Shown here: positions 26,529-50,245 of the stretch, piece after piece | Position numbering within the stretch: position 1 is the stretch's first letter | Layout: every line of letters begins with the position of its first letter | Source of the DNA: Escherichia coli | GTDB lineage: Bacteria > Pseudomonadota > Gammaproteobacteria > Enterobacterales > Enterobacteriaceae | Assembly (NCBI RefSeq): GCF_003334785.1 | Contig: NZ_QOWV01000008.1 | Length of the DNA: 64,000 nt | Strand: one strand, 5' to 3' | Made by a program: the position numbers and the translations under genes | The notes under the pieces: model-generated | Database searches by the model: none | What the model was told of the DNA's origin: nothing | What the model saw: only the letters and a program-made list of their open reading frames with translations

Positions 26529-27899
26529 ATGTTGAATAATGCTATGAGCGTAGTGATCCTTGCCGCAGGCAAAGGCACGCGCATGTATTCCGATCTTCCG
26601 AAAGTGCTGCATACCCTTGCCGGGAAAGCGATGGTTCAGCATGTCATTGATGCTGCGAATGAATTAGGCGCAGCGCACGTTCACCTGGTGTACGGTCACG
26701 GCGGCGATCTGCTAAAACAGGCGCTGAAAGACGACAACCTTAACTGGGTGCTTCAGGCAGAGCAGCTGGGTACGGGTCATGCAATGCAGCAGGCCGCACC
26801 TTTCTTTGCCGATGATGAAGACATTTTAATGCTCTACGGCGACGTGCCGCTGATCTCTGTCGAAACACTCCAGCGTCTGCGTGATGCTAAACCGCAGGGT
26901 GGCATTGGTCTGCTGACGGTGAAACTGGATGATCCGACCGGTTATGGACGTATCACCCGTGAAAACGGCAAAGTTACCGGCATTGTTGAGCACAAAGATG
27001 CCACCGACGAGCAGCGTCAGATTCAGGAGATCAACACCGGCATTCTGATTGCCAACGGCGCAGATATGAAACGCTGGCTGGCGAAGCTGACCAACAATAA
27101 TGCTCAGGGCGAATACTACATCACCGACATTATTGCGCTGGCGTATCAGGAAGGGCGTGAAATCGTCGCCGTTCATCCGCAACGTTTAAGCGAAGTAGAA
27201 GGCGTGAATAACCGCCTGCAACTCTCCCGTCTGGAGCGTGTTTATCAGTCCGAACAGGCTGAAAAACTGCTGTTAGCAGGCGTTATGCTGCGCGATCCAG
27301 CGCGTTTTGATCTGCGTGGTACGCTAACTCACGGGCGCGATGTTGAAATTGATACTAACGTTATCATCGAGGGCAACGTGACTCTCGGTCATCGCGTGAA
27401 AATTGGCACCGGTTGCGTGATTAAAAACAGCGTGATTGGCGATGATTGCGAAATCAGTCCGTATACCGTTGTGGAAGATGCGAATCTGGCAGCGGCCTGT
27501 ACCATTGGCCCGTTTGCCCGTTTGCGTCCTGGTGCTGAGTTGCTGGAAGGTGCTCACGTCGGTAACTTCGTTGAGATGAAAAAAGCGCGTCTGGGTAAAG
27601 GCTCGAAAGCTGGTCATCTGACTTACCTGGGCGATGCGGAAATTGGCGATAACGTTAACATCGGCGCGGGAACCATTACCTGCAACTACGATGGTGCGAA
27701 TAAATTTAAGACCATTATCGGCGACGATGTGTTTGTTGGTTCCGACACTCAGCTGGTGGCCCCGGTAACAGTAGGCAAAGGCGCGACCATTGCTGCGGGT
27801 ACAACTGTGACGCGTAATGTCGGCGAAAATGCATTAGCTATCAGCCGTGTGCCGCAGACTCAGAAAGAAGGCTGGCGTCGTCCGGTAAAGAAAAAGTGA
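26529..27899 (+). CDS. glmU: bifunctional GlcNAc-1-P uridyltransferase / GlcN-1-P acetyltransferase
   Basis: 456-aa ORF; N-terminal LAAGKGTRM nucleotidyltransferase motif, C-terminal hexapeptide repeats. Confidence 0.96.
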   Translation: MLNNAMSVVILAAGKGTRMYSDLPKVLHTLAGKAMVQHVIDAANELGAAHVHLVYGHGGDLLKQALKDDNLNWVLQAEQLGTGHAMQQAAPFFADDEDILMLYGDVPLISVETLQRLRDAKPQGGIGLLTVKLDDPTGYGRITRENGKVTGIVEHKDATDEQRQIQEINTGILIANGADMKRWLAKLTNNNAQGEYYITDIIALAYQEGREIVAVHPQRLSEVEGVNNRLQLSRLERVYQSEQAEKLLLAGVMLRDPARFDLRGTLTHGRDVEIDTNVIIEGNVTLGHRVKIGTGCVIKNSVIGDDCEISPYTVVEDANLAAACTIGPFARLRPGAELLEGAHVGNFVEMKKARLGKGSKAGHLTYLGDAEIGDNVNIGAGTITCNYDGANKFKTIIGDDVFVGSDTQLVAPVTVGKGATIAAGTTVTRNVGENALAISRVPQTQKEGWRRPVKKK

Positions 27900-28060
27900 T
27901 TCTGGCCGGCTAACCCGGTCACATGGGATGAGGAGATAACATAATCTCCCTCCCACAAGCAGTAACTATAAAAATAACCCCACTCTCTACAAGGCTCGGG
28001 GCGCCCGAAAAAACGGGCATACAGGTTGACCGACAACGATATAAATCGGAATCAAAAACT
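27900..28060 (+). promoter_or_regulatory. glmU-glmS intercistronic region (site of post-transcriptional control of glmS)
   Basis: 161-bp spacer with GC hairpin (gctcggggcgcccgaaaaaacgggc) upstream of glmS RBS; regulatory role inferred from published GlmY/GlmZ-glmS regulation, not demonstrable from sequence alone. Confidence 0.45.
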
Positions 28061-29890
28061 ATGTGTGGAATTGTTGGCGCGATCGCGCAACGTGATGTAG
28101 CAGAAATCCTTCTTGAAGGTTTACGTCGTCTGGAATACCGCGGATATGACTCTGCCGGTCTGGCCGTTGTTGATGCAGAAGGTCATATGACCCGCCTGCG
28201 TCGCCTCGGTAAAGTCCAGATGCTGGCACAGGCAGCGGAAGAACATCCTCTGCATGGCGGCACTGGTATTGCTCACACTCGCTGGGCGACCCACGGTGAA
28301 CCTTCAGAAGTGAATGCGCATCCGCATGTTTCTGAACACATTGTGGTGGTGCATAACGGCATCATCGAAAACCATGAACCGCTGCGTGAAGAGCTAAAAG
28401 CGCGTGGCTATACCTTCGTTTCTGAAACCGACACCGAAGTGATTGCCCATCTGGTGAACTGGGAGCTGAAACAAGGCGGGACTCTGCGTGAGGCCGTTCT
28501 GCGTGCTATCCCGCAGCTGCGTGGTGCGTACGGTACAGTGATCATGGACTCCCGTCACCCGGATACCCTGCTGGCGGCACGTTCTGGTAGTCCGCTGGTG
28601 ATTGGCCTGGGGATGGGCGAAAACTTTATCGCTTCTGACCAGCTGGCGCTGTTGCCGGTGACCCGTCGCTTTATCTTCCTTGAAGAGGGCGATATTGCGG
28701 AAATCACTCGCCGTTCGGTAAACATCTTCGATAAAACTGGCGCGGAAGTAAAACGTCAGGATATCGAATCCAATCTGCAATATGACGCGGGCGATAAAGG
28801 CATTTACCGTCACTACATGCAGAAAGAGATCTACGAACAGCCGAACGCGATCAAAAACACCCTTACCGGACGCATCAGCCACGGTCAGGTTGATTTAAGC
28901 GAGCTGGGACCGAACGCCGACGAACTGCTGTCGAAGGTTGAGCATATTCAGATCCTCGCCTGTGGTACTTCTTATAACTCCGGTATGGTTTCCCGCTACT
29001 GGTTTGAATCGCTAGCAGGTATTCCGTGCGACGTCGAAATCGCCTCTGAATTCCGCTATCGCAAATCTGCCGTGCGTCGTAACAGCCTGATGATCACCTT
29101 GTCACAGTCTGGCGAAACCGCGGATACCCTGGCTGGCCTGCGTCTGTCGAAAGAGCTGGGTTACCTTGGTTCACTGGCAATCTGTAACGTTCCGGGTTCT
29201 TCTCTGGTGCGCGAATCCGATCTGGCGCTAATGACCAACGCGGGTACAGAAATCGGCGTGGCATCCACTAAAGCATTCACCACTCAGTTAACTGTGCTGT
29301 TGATGCTGGTGGCGAAGCTGTCTCGCCTGAAAGGTCTGGATGCCTCCATTGAACATGACATCGTGCATGGTCTGCAGGCGCTGCCGAGCCGTATTGAGCA
29401 GATGCTGTCTCAGGACAAACGCATTGAAGCGCTGGCAGAAGATTTCTCTGACAAACATCACGCGCTGTTCCTGGGCCGTGGCGATCAGTACCCAATCGCG
29501 CTGGAAGGCGCATTGAAGTTGAAAGAGATCTCTTACATTCACGCTGAAGCCTACGCTGCTGGCGAACTGAAACACGGTCCGCTGGCGCTAATTGATGCCG
29601 ATATGCCGGTTATTGTTGTTGCACCGAACAACGAATTGCTGGAAAAACTGAAATCCAACATTGAAGAAGTTCGCGCGCGTGGCGGTCAGTTGTATGTCTT
29701 CGCCGATCAGGATGCGGGTTTTGTAAGTAGCGATAACATGCACATCATCGAGATGCCGCATGTGGAAGAGGTGATTGCACCGATCTTCTACACCGTTCCG
29801 CTGCAGCTGCTGGCTTACCATGTCGCGCTGATCAAAGGCACCGACGTTGACCAGCCGCGTAACCTGGCAAAATCGGTTACGGTTGAGTAA
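28061..29890 (+). CDS. glmS: glutamine--fructose-6-phosphate aminotransferase
   Basis: 609-aa ORF starting MCGIVGA (Ntn amidotransferase Cys2) with two SIS domains. Confidence 0.97.
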   Translation: MCGIVGAIAQRDVAEILLEGLRRLEYRGYDSAGLAVVDAEGHMTRLRRLGKVQMLAQAAEEHPLHGGTGIAHTRWATHGEPSEVNAHPHVSEHIVVVHNGIIENHEPLREELKARGYTFVSETDTEVIAHLVNWELKQGGTLREAVLRAIPQLRGAYGTVIMDSRHPDTLLAARSGSPLVIGLGMGENFIASDQLALLPVTRRFIFLEEGDIAEITRRSVNIFDKTGAEVKRQDIESNLQYDAGDKGIYRHYMQKEIYEQPNAIKNTLTGRISHGQVDLSELGPNADELLSKVEHIQILACGTSYNSGMVSRYWFESLAGIPCDVEIASEFRYRKSAVRRNSLMITLSQSGETADTLAGLRLSKELGYLGSLAICNVPGSSLVRESDLALMTNAGTEIGVASTKAFTTQLTVLLMLVAKLSRLKGLDASIEHDIVHGLQALPSRIEQMLSQDKRIEALAEDFSDKHHALFLGRGDQYPIALEGALKLKEISYIHAEAYAAGELKHGPLALIDADMPVIVVAPNNELLEKLKSNIEEVRARGGQLYVFADQDAGFVSSDNMHIIEMPHVEEVIAPIFYTVPLQLLAYHVALIKGTDVDQPRNLAKSVTVE

Positions 29891-29897
29891 TAAATGG

Positions 29898-29928
29898 ATG
29901 CCCTGCGTAAGCGGGGCATTTTTCTTCC
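29898..29928 (+). terminator. intrinsic terminator after glmS
   Basis: Hairpin atgccc (29898..29903) / gggcat (29914..29919) followed by T-run. Confidence 0.75.
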
Positions 29929-29989
29929 TGTTATGTTTTTAATCAAACATCCTGCCAACTCCATGTGACAAACCGTCATCTTCGGCTAC

Positions 29990-30140
29990 TTTTTCTCTGT
30001 CACAGAATGAAAATTTTTCTGTCATCTCTTCGTTATTAATGTTTGTAATTGACTGAATATCAACGCTTATTTAAATCAGACTGAAGACTTTATCTCTCTG
30101 TCATAAAACTGTCATATTCCTTACATATAACTGTCACCTG
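29990..30140 (+). promoter_or_regulatory. pstS promoter with tandem Pho boxes (PhoB binding sites)
   Basis: Repeated CTGTCA(T/C) heptamers: ctgtcac 29996..30002, ctgtcat 30018..30024, ctgtcataaaactgtcat 30098..30115, ctgtcac 30131..30137; matches known pstS Pho box arrangement. Confidence 0.85.
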
Positions 30141-30185
30141 TTTGTCCTATTTTGCTTCTCGTAGCCAACAAACAATGCTTTATGA

Positions 30186-31244
<1,059 letters not shown>

Positions 31245-31246
31245 TA

Positions 31247-31300
31247 AAACTCCAGGCCGGGTACGGTGTTTTACGCCGCATCCGGCATTACAAAATGACT
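31247..31300. repeat. REP-like palindromic element / terminator between pstS and pstC
   Basis: ccaggccgggtacggtgttttacgccgcatccggcattac resembles REP consensus (gccggatg...cgccgcatccggc). Confidence 0.6.
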
Positions 31301-31327
31301 TTGTAAACGCGTTTAACTGAAGAGTAA

Positions 31328-33180
<1,853 letters not shown>

Positions 33181-33189
33181 TATTGCTGA

Positions 33190-34136
<947 letters not shown>

Positions 34137-34150
34137 TTCAGGAGTGCGTT

Positions 34151-34876
34151 ATGGACAGTCTCAATCTTAATAAACATATTTCCGGCCAGTTCAACGCCGA
34201 ACTGGAAAGTATCCGCACGCAGGTGATGACCATGGGCGGCATGGTGGAGCAGCAGCTTTCTGATGCAATCACCGCGATGCATAACCAGGACAGCGATCTG
34301 GCGAAGCGCGTCATCGAAGGCGACAAGAACGTCAACATGATGGAAGTGGCGATCGATGAAGCCTGCGTGCGCATTATCGCCAAACGTCAGCCGACGGCGA
34401 GCGACCTGCGACTGGTTATGGTGATCAGTAAAACCATTGCCGAGCTGGAGCGTATTGGCGACGTGGCGGACAAAATCTGCCGTACTGCGCTGGAGAAATT
34501 CTCCCAGCAGCATCAGCCGTTGCTGGTAAGTCTGGAGTCGCTGGGCCGTCATACCATCCAGATGCTGCACGACGTGCTGGACGCGTTCGCGCGGATGGAC
34601 ATTGACGAAGCGGTACGTATTTATCGTGAAGATAAAAAAGTCGATCAGGAATACGAAGGTATTGTTCGTCAACTGATGACCTACATGATGGAAGATTCGC
34701 GTACCATTCCGAGCGTACTTACTGCGCTGTTCTGCGCGCGTTCTATCGAACGTATTGGCGACCGCTGCCAGAATATTTGTGAGTTTATCTTCTACTACGT
34801 GAAGGGGCAGGATTTCCGTCACGTCGGTGGCGATGAGCTGGATAAACTGCTGGCGGGGAAAGATAGCGACAAATAA
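34151..34876 (+). CDS. phoU: phosphate signalling regulator PhoU
   Basis: ORF 34133..34876; start taken at [19 protein letters not shown] (241 aa). Confidence 0.95.
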   Translation: MDSLNLNKHISGQFNAELESIRTQVMTMGGMVEQQLSDAITAMHNQDSDLAKRVIEGDKNVNMMEVAIDEACVRIIAKRQPTASDLRLVMVISKTIAELERIGDVADKICRTALEKFSQQHQPLLVSLESLGRHTIQMLHDVLDAFARMDIDEAVRIYREDKKVDQEYEGIVRQLMTYMMEDSRTIPSVLTALFCARSIERIGDRCQNICEFIFYYVKGQDFRHVGGDELDKLLAGKDSDK

Positions 34877-34885
34877 TTCACCAGA

Positions 34886-34920
34886 CAAATCCCAATAACT
34901 TAATTATTGGGATTTGTTAT
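34886..34920 (+). terminator. intrinsic terminator after phoU
   Basis: Perfect 13-bp inverted repeat caaatcccaataa (34886..34898) / ttattgggatttg (34904..34916), 5-nt loop. Confidence 0.85.
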
Positions 34921-35071
34921 ATATAACTTTATAAATTCCTAAAATTACACAAAGTTAATAACTGCGAGCATGGTCATATTTTTATCAATAGCGCATTGCT
35001 ATTTTCTCTGCACGCAATTAAATTAATTTCCGAACCTGGATGTTCGTTATAAAAACCATTAATAAATGACT
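34921..35071 (+). promoter_or_regulatory. AT-rich bgl promoter / silencer region (wild-type, no IS insertion)
   Basis: About 150 bp extremely AT-rich DNA upstream of bglG leader; uninterrupted by IS-like sequence; known H-NS-silenced cryptic promoter. Confidence 0.7.
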
Positions 35072-43755
<8,684 letters not shown>

Positions 43756-44223
43756 TTAACTTAAAGAGTCTGTTTCAGGACATGAAATATCCAATCCGGG
43801 TAGACGGGTAATGATTCTGCTCATCACCACACCTGCCAGCAATGCAGGAATGATGCGGACAACGAGACTGTCACCAGAAAGAATGTTTTCAAACAACTCC
43901 GAGGAAGCCATGCCCTTAATATGTACAATAACTGCACAATAGATCTCGGTGATAACGACGCCACCTATGCCACCAGCCAGACAACGATAACGTTTCTGTG
44001 ACCCGATCTTTTCCGGCAGACAGGCAACCATTACACCGGTTAACAACGCAGGAATAGCTCCCGTAGTTATCGACAATAAGAGAAAAATTGGATGTATTAT
44101 CACCCAAAGAACCAGCGGTTCTTTTGCGAAGAATATGTAGAGGACAAGAAACAGAACACCAATTAACGGTCCTAAAACTGCAAAATAAAGTCCGTGATGT
44201 ATTACCCGACGTGAAACAGACAT
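43756..44223 (-). CDS. cbrB: CbrB (YieI), small inner membrane protein
   Basis: 155-aa ORF with 4 predicted TMS. Confidence 0.85.
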   Translation of the reverse strand: MSVSRRVIHHGLYFAVLGPLIGVLFLVLYIFFAKEPLVLWVIIHPIFLLLSITTGAIPALLTGVMVACLPEKIGSQKRYRCLAGGIGGVVITEIYCAVIVHIKGMASSELFENILSGDSLVVRIIPALLAGVVMSRIITRLPGLDISCPETDSLS

Positions 44224-44289
44224 ATCAAACTCCCTTTACTTACCTTTGAGCGCCAATTTAAGCGGGGTAAGTGAAGGGAGTGTGAAGAA

Positions 44290-44955
44290 CTATGCCGTAA
44301 TATCCCAACCACGCGCTTTCCACAGTTCAGGTAACTGCGAAAGATGGGTAAAGGTGGTGACTTTCGGGTGAACGATCGGCTTATTGTGCGGGTCGGCGCA
44401 GAAGTAGAACACTTCCATACCTGCGTCGATACCAGATTGTGCACCGGCAACTGAGTCATCAACCAGAATGCAGTTTTCTACATTTACATTCATCGCTTTT
44501 GCCGCATGGAACATTAACGCCGGGTCTGGCTTCCAGCGCTGAATATCGTAGCCGCTGAACAGTTTATCCGGGAAGTAGTGCAACATATTCAGCTTGCCCA
44601 TAGAATGCTGCATTTTGTTATTTGGGCCGTTAGATACCACACACATTGGCGCAGTGATCGCTGACAGGAGCGCTCCAGCCCCTTCGATGGCTTCCAGTTC
44701 TGAATCGAACAGCCGAGCGACTTCTGCACGGTAAACGTGTTCAGCTTCTGTTTTCGCTAACGTAACACCATGTTCAAGGGAAACAATATCGATAATTTCG
44801 TACAGTTTTACACCTTTGAAACGTTTGAATACCTCTTCAGGATCGAGCGTAATACCAAATTCCTGAAACATCGTTACATATGCGCGAGAGCAAATGACTT
44901 CACTGTCGACCAGCGTACCGTCGCAGTCGAAAAATACCGCTTCTATCCGGGACAT
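44290..44955 (-). CDS. yieH: HAD-superfamily phosphatase YieH
   Basis: 221-aa ORF; HAD motif I FFDCDGTLVDSE. Confidence 0.9.
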   Translation of the reverse strand: MSRIEAVFFDCDGTLVDSEVICSRAYVTMFQEFGITLDPEEVFKRFKGVKLYEIIDIVSLEHGVTLAKTEAEHVYRAEVARLFDSELEAIEGAGALLSAITAPMCVVSNGPNNKMQHSMGKLNMLHYFPDKLFSGYDIQRWKPDPALMFHAAKAMNVNVENCILVDDSVAGAQSGIDAGMEVFYFCADPHNKPIVHPKVTTFTHLSQLPELWKARGWDITA

Positions 44956-45119
44956 GCCTTTCCTTTTTAATCAGTTTAACGTTTTCGTAGAGCCGATTTG
45001 CGCAACGCAATCGTTGCCGTATAAGTAAATCCAATAAAAAAGTCTCTCACAAACGCGCCTATTGTCGCATTTTGGTATACGATAGCGACGGATTTTCCCT
45101 CCTTGTTCGGAAATAGATA

Positions 45120-46457
45120 ATGAGTCATCAACATACCACCCAGACTTCTGGTCAGGGGATGCTGGAACGCGTGTTTAAACTGCGCGAACATGGCACGACG
45201 GCACGGACCGAAGTGATCGCCGGTTTTACCACCTTCCTGACGATGGTTTACATCGTTTTTGTTAACCCGCAAATTCTTGGCGTTGCTGGCATGGATACCA
45301 GCGCCGTCTTCGTCACTACCTGTCTGATCGCTGCATTCGGCAGTATTATGATGGGACTGTTTGCTAACCTGCCAGTTGCACTGGCACCCGCTATGGGCCT
45401 GAATGCGTTCTTCGCTTTTGTCGTTGTACAGGCGATGGGCTTGCCGTGGCAGGTCGGGATGGGCGCAATCTTCTGGGGCGCGATAGGTCTGCTGTTACTG
45501 ACGATTTTCCGCGTTCGCTACTGGATGATAGCCAACATTCCGGTGAGTCTGCGTGTGGGTATTACCAGCGGTATCGGTCTGTTCATTGGCATGATGGGGC
45601 TGAAAAACGCAGGTGTGATTGTCGCTAACCCGGAAACGCTGGTGAGCATCGGTAATCTGACTTCTCACAGCGTACTTCTGGGTATCCTCGGCTTCTTCAT
45701 CATTGCTATTCTGGCCTCGCGCAACATTCACGCAGCGGTGCTGGTTTCTATCGTGGTGACGACGCTGCTGGGCTGGATGCTGGGTGATGTGCACTACAAT
45801 GGCATCGTTTCTGCGCCGCCGAGCGTAATGACAGTTGTGGGTCATGTAGATTTAGCCGGGTCGTTTAACCTCGGGCTGGCAGGGGTGATTTTCTCTTTCA
45901 TGTTGGTCAACTTGTTTGACTCCTCCGGTACGCTGATTGGCGTGACCGATAAAGCAGGTCTGGCGGATGAGAAGGGGAAATTCCCGCGCATGAAGCAGGC
46001 GCTGTATGTCGACAGTATCTCTTCCGTGACCGGTTCGTTTATCGGTACTTCTTCCGTTACGGCTTATATTGAGTCCTCTTCCGGCGTATCGGTTGGCGGT
46101 CGTACCGGTCTGACGGCAGTGGTTGTTGGTCTGCTGTTCCTGCTGGTTATCTTTCTGTCGCCGCTGGCGGGGATGGTGCCAGGCTACGCTGCAGCTGGTG
46201 CGCTGATTTACGTTGGCGTGCTGATGACTTCCAGTCTGGCACGCGTGAACTGGCAGGATCTTACTGAATCTGTTCCGGCGTTTATTACCGCCGTGATGAT
46301 GCCGTTCAGCTTCTCGATTACCGAAGGTATCGCGCTGGGCTTTATCTCCTACTGCGTGATGAAAATCGGTACCGGACGTCTGCGTGATCTAAGCCCGTGC
46401 GTAATCATCGTTGCGCTGCTGTTTATCCTGAAGATTGTCTTTATCGACGCTCACTAA
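45120..46457 (+). CDS. adeP: adenine permease (NCS2/AzgA family)
   Basis: 445-aa polytopic membrane ORF; matches AdeP (YieG/PurP). Confidence 0.9.
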   Translation: MSHQHTTQTSGQGMLERVFKLREHGTTARTEVIAGFTTFLTMVYIVFVNPQILGVAGMDTSAVFVTTCLIAAFGSIMMGLFANLPVALAPAMGLNAFFAFVVVQAMGLPWQVGMGAIFWGAIGLLLLTIFRVRYWMIANIPVSLRVGITSGIGLFIGMMGLKNAGVIVANPETLVSIGNLTSHSVLLGILGFFIIAILASRNIHAAVLVSIVVTTLLGWMLGDVHYNGIVSAPPSVMTVVGHVDLAGSFNLGLAGVIFSFMLVNLFDSSGTLIGVTDKAGLADEKGKFPRMKQALYVDSISSVTGSFIGTSSVTAYIESSSGVSVGGRTGLTAVVVGLLFLLVIFLSPLAGMVPGYAAAGALIYVGVLMTSSLARVNWQDLTESVPAFITAVMMPFSFSITEGIALGFISYCVMKIGTGRLRDLSPCVIIVALLFILKIVFIDAH

Positions 46458-46472
46458 AATCGATAGCGCGTT

Positions 46473-46508
46473 AAAAACCCGCCATGCATGATTGCTGGCG
46501 GGTTTTTT
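46473..46508. terminator. bidirectional intrinsic terminator between convergent adeP and chrR
   Basis: aaaaacccgccag...ctggcgggtttttt: GC stem (cccgcca/tggcggg) flanked by A-run and T-run. Confidence 0.8.
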
Positions 46509-46510
46509 AT

Positions 46511-47077
46511 TTAGATCTTAACTCGCTGAATAAACTCACCAAATGCGGTCAATTGCCCGGTCAGGTGGTCCAGCGTACCCTGATCAATCACTTCTCCGGT
46601 TTGCGGATCAACTTTGTTCTGAATCACGCCGCCCATAAATTCCGGCTTGTTCATCACCATTGCATCGAGGAAAACCAGAATCTGGCGCAGGTGATACTGA
46701 CAGCGCGCGCCGCCAATCACGCCCATTGAGCTGGTCTGAATCAATACCGGTTTACCGGCCAGCGGTTGATCCGGCAGGCGGGAAAGCCAGTCGATGGCAT
46801 TTTTCAGCCCACCCGGTACCGAGTAGTTATATTCCGGCGTGACGATCACCACACCGTCAGCCTGACGGATCTGTTCCGCCAGAGCTTCAACCGTTGCTGG
46901 AAAACCTTCTTCCTGCTGTACGTCAGCGTCATACAAGGGAATGTCGGCAATGGATGGTAACGCATTGACTTCCATGCTCGCCGGAGCAATTTTCGGCAGG
47001 GTACGTGCAACCATGCCATTAAATGAGCCTTTGCGCAGGCTCCCCAGTAACGTAACCACCTGCAATTTTTCAGACAT
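46511..47077 (-). CDS. chrR: NAD(P)H-dependent FMN reductase / chromate reductase
   Basis: 188-aa ORF; flavodoxin-like fold motif (LLGSLRKGSFN). Confidence 0.9.
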   Translation of the reverse strand: MSEKLQVVTLLGSLRKGSFNGMVARTLPKIAPASMEVNALPSIADIPLYDADVQQEEGFPATVEALAEQIRQADGVVIVTPEYNYSVPGGLKNAIDWLSRLPDQPLAGKPVLIQTSSMGVIGGARCQYHLRQILVFLDAMVMNKPEFMGGVIQNKVDPQTGEVIDQGTLDHLTGQLTAFGEFIQRVKI

Positions 47078-47098
47078 GATGACTCCTGTGGTTGTCTA

Positions 47099-47860
47099 TC
47101 AATTTGGCGAAAAAGCCTTCACGGTAGAGAGTTGGGCAAAACGCATCATCCGGCTGGTAGGATTGTTGGCGCGGCTGTGAATATCCGGCAGGCTTTTCCA
47201 GCCGTGTTTGCCATCTAACTCCCAGACACTGAGCTTTTCAATCGTGGGCGTGACCGCCACGGACCACACCAGCACGTCTTCCGCGTCGCATAACGCTTCT
47301 ACATGATTTACATGAGCACATTTCAGGCGTCCGGCAATGGGCAGCAGCTGCAGATCGCGCGGATCGTCATTCAAAACATCACCGGTTAGTTTTAGCACGC
47401 TTCGGCGCAGCGTGATGAGCTGCGCCCGCGCTTCGTTAGGATCGTTTTGTTTACTGATCCATAGCGATTCATTGCTGGAAAAGGTGTGGTTATCGGGCGC
47501 GTGTGGGCTATGAAACCCGCGCGTCGCACGCTGTAGTTCCATATCGAGGCCACATTCACCTTCGGTTGTTAACGCCACGCCAACCATATTCCCGGCATAG
47601 GAAATGGAAAACGAAGGCAAATTTTTATCACTGAAAACCGGTTTACCTTTCGGCAGGGTGACGATTTCCGGCAATTCGCCAATGCCATACAGCATGAACA
47701 TCAGTTCTGCGAGTAAACCTCTGGACGCCAGAAAACGGCTTTGACGATGAGGGGGAATGTTTCGGGCTTCTTGATGACACTGGGAGGGGAGACGAACAGA
47801 AATCAGATGTCCTTCCGTTAAAATCCCTCGGGCAAAGTGAGTCGCCATTTTTCGCTCCAT
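47099..47860 (-). CDS. yieE: YieE, predicted 4'-phosphopantetheinyl transferase-family protein
   Basis: 253-aa ORF; synteny; start codon not verified. Confidence 0.8.
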   Translation of the reverse strand: MERKMATHFARGILTEGHLISVRLPSQCHQEARNIPPHRQSRFLASRGLLAELMFMLYGIGELPEIVTLPKGKPVFSDKNLPSFSISYAGNMVGVALTTEGECGLDMELQRATRGFHSPHAPDNHTFSSNESLWISKQNDPNEARAQLITLRRSVLKLTGDVLNDDPRDLQLLPIAGRLKCAHVNHVEALCDAEDVLVWSVAVTPTIEKLSVWELDGKHGWKSLPDIHSRANNPTSRMMRFAQLSTVKAFSPN

Positions 47861-48004
47861 GCTTAATGGTCCATTATGAATACAAGAGTAATCATTTACT
47901 GGAATGATGGACAGACTAAAGCGGCTAAAAGTTCGATTCAGACAAGCTTATTACAACTTTTTTACATTTTATTGTGAAATTGGGTCGCGTTTCATACGAT
48001 TCGG

Positions 48005-48964
48005 TTATGCCATCGACGCGTAAAGGTTTTTAATGGTTTCCCGTAACCAGACGATCTTCGGATTATGGCTGTTCCGTTTATGCCACAGCAGGGTAAAAGG
48101 AACTTCCAGCTTTTTTTGCTGGCTTTCGTCAAACGGGAGAGGAAGAGCAACCAACGGCAGTTGATGGAGTTGATTGTAGTACTGACAGTAGCGCGGCGCG
48201 GTCGCCAGTAGCAGATTGTCGGGTTGCGCTGCCATAAACAGTGACTGCTCGAATTCCGGCAGGCTCATAGCAATCGTGCGTTCGCGTCCCAGCTCCTGTA
48301 ACACATTGTCCAGCGCCCAGGTATCGCTCTGTTCCCAGCAAATGCTGATATGCGGATAACGTAAGAAGGTGTCCAGATTCCACGTTTGATGCAGTGCCGG
48401 ATGATCTTTGCGTAACCAGACGCAGGGCACATCACTAAACAGCACTTCATAATCAATGGCTAACGGTAGCGAGCTTAACAGCTCCCGCGAGCGAGGATGG
48501 CTTTCGCGACCGGAAAAACCGATATCCACTTCACCACGAGTAATGGCATCTAAGGAATCGTAATCCCAGTTACGTAATTTGATGGTCGCCTGCGGGTAAC
48601 GTTGGTAGATCTGTTTCGACAGCGCATTAAGCATGATCATCATCAGCGGTGATTCCGCCGCCAGCTCAAACTTCAGGCCGCGCGGTGTCTGGTGGTGCGG
48701 TTTATCCAGCAGCAGGTTGCTCATTTGCATCCACTCCGCCAGATTTTGCTCCATGCTGACCATCAGCGGTGTGGGCGACAGACCCAGCGGTGAGTTCACA
48801 AAGAGCGGGTCGTCAAACCACGCTCTTAACTTTGCCAGCGACTTACTCACCGCCGAAGGTGTCACGTTTATCCGCTTCGCCGCTTTGGTTACGCTGCGCT
48901 CCTGCATCAGCAGTTGCAGACAAAGCAGCAGATTGAGATCAAGCGTGGTGATGGATTTCTTCAT
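48005..48964 (-). CDS. yidZ: LysR-family transcriptional regulator YidZ
   Basis: ORF 48005..48973; start taken at [13 protein letters not shown] (319 aa); N-terminal HTH. Confidence 0.88.
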
Positions 48965-50114
48965 GAGCGGCAACGGGGCGTCCAGGCGCGACGAACATAA
49001 TCAGCAACAGGCTCACTATGCTACAGGCAATCAGAATCCCGATCAGCATATTCCATGCGCCGATACCAACCACCGCTGCCAGCCAAATCCACAGTGACGA
49101 ACCGCAAACCTGCGCAATACCTAAGGTCGAGCTGGCTACGCCCGCGCGTAATGAAAACGGCCCTAACGCCTGACTCATCGCCACACCAAAACCTACCGAG
49201 AAACCGGCGCAAATCAGCGTGATACCAAACAGAGAAACCGCATGGGAAGGTGAAACGGCAAGAGTGATCCCCGCCGCCAGGAATAACACCTGCGAGGTGA
49301 TCATCAACGTACGTGGCTTAAAAATTCCCAGCGCAAATGGCGTGGAGAATGAAACGGTCATGCTGACGCCAGCGGTCAGCGCCATAATGGTGGCGTATTC
49401 ACCGCGCTCAAACCCCATGATTTCCATCAGCAATACCGGTGACGTGTTGACGAAAGTGAGGATCACCGAAACGCTGAGGGTGGTGATAACAACACGGCTG
49501 AGGAAAAAACGGTTAAGCAGCGACTCGCTATTTTCTCGTGGTTTATCCGAAGCTGCGGGGGCCGCTGGGCGCGTTTCTTTTAAAATAAACAAAGACAACA
49601 TCAGTACCGCGATGCCCATCATTGCCATCGCCCAGAACAGACTCTGCCACGGGAATTTAAGCATAATCAGATGTCCGAGCACTGGCGCTAACACCGGAAT
49701 GATGCAGGTAATACCGTTGAGTAATGACAGCACTTTAGCCCGACGTCGATCATCCAGCGTGTCGCGCAAAATAGCGAACGCCACTACGTAACAACAGCCT
49801 GCGCCCAACCCCTGTAGAAATCGGCCTGCAAGAAATAACGTGCTGGTTTCAGCCAGTGAACAGAACACCGAGGCAATAATAAATAGCGCCGCGCCGGGTA
49901 TGGCGACCGGCTTTCTCCCTGAACGATCGGCCACTTTACCGGCAAATAACATCGCAGCTGCCATCCCCGCCAGATATACGGAGAACGCAATATGCAACTG
50001 CGCTTCGCTGGCATTGAGATCGGCGGCGATGCGCGGTAAACCAACGAGGTACATATCAATCCCGGCGGGATAAAGTAAAACCAGGGCAAAACTACAAATC
50101 AAAAAGCGGGACAT
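48939..50114 (-). CDS. mdtL: MFS multidrug efflux transporter MdtL
   Basis: 391-aa 12-TMS ORF; 3' end overlaps yidZ 5' end by about 26 nt. Confidence 0.9.
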   Translation of the reverse strand: MSRFLICSFALVLLYPAGIDMYLVGLPRIAADLNASEAQLHIAFSVYLAGMAAAMLFAGKVADRSGRKPVAIPGAALFIIASVFCSLAETSTLFLAGRFLQGLGAGCCYVVAFAILRDTLDDRRRAKVLSLLNGITCIIPVLAPVLGHLIMLKFPWQSLFWAMAMMGIAVLMLSLFILKETRPAAPAASDKPRENSESLLNRFFLSRVVITTLSVSVILTFVNTSPVLLMEIMGFERGEYATIMALTAGVSMTVSFSTPFALGIFKPRTLMITSQVLFLAAGITLAVSPSHAVSLFGITLICAGFSVGFGVAMSQALGPFSLRAGVASSTLGIAQVCGSSLWIWLAAVVGIGAWNMLIGILIACSIVSLLLIMFVAPGRPVAAHEEIHHHA

Positions 50115-50207
50115 GGGCTAAAGCGTCCTGATAGTAAGGTGACGCAAAGCATACGTGGTGAAGGAGGATCAGGCGAGTTGCCATTTGGACATAAGTGATT
50201 TCCTGAG

Positions 50208-50240
50208 AGGCAAGAAGCCAGCGAATGGCTGGCTTCTTGA
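50208..50240. terminator. strong hairpin downstream of tnaB (probable terminator)
   Basis: Perfect 12-bp inverted repeat caagaagccagc / gctggcttcttg with short loop. Confidence 0.6.
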
Positions 50241-50245
50241 AGGAT

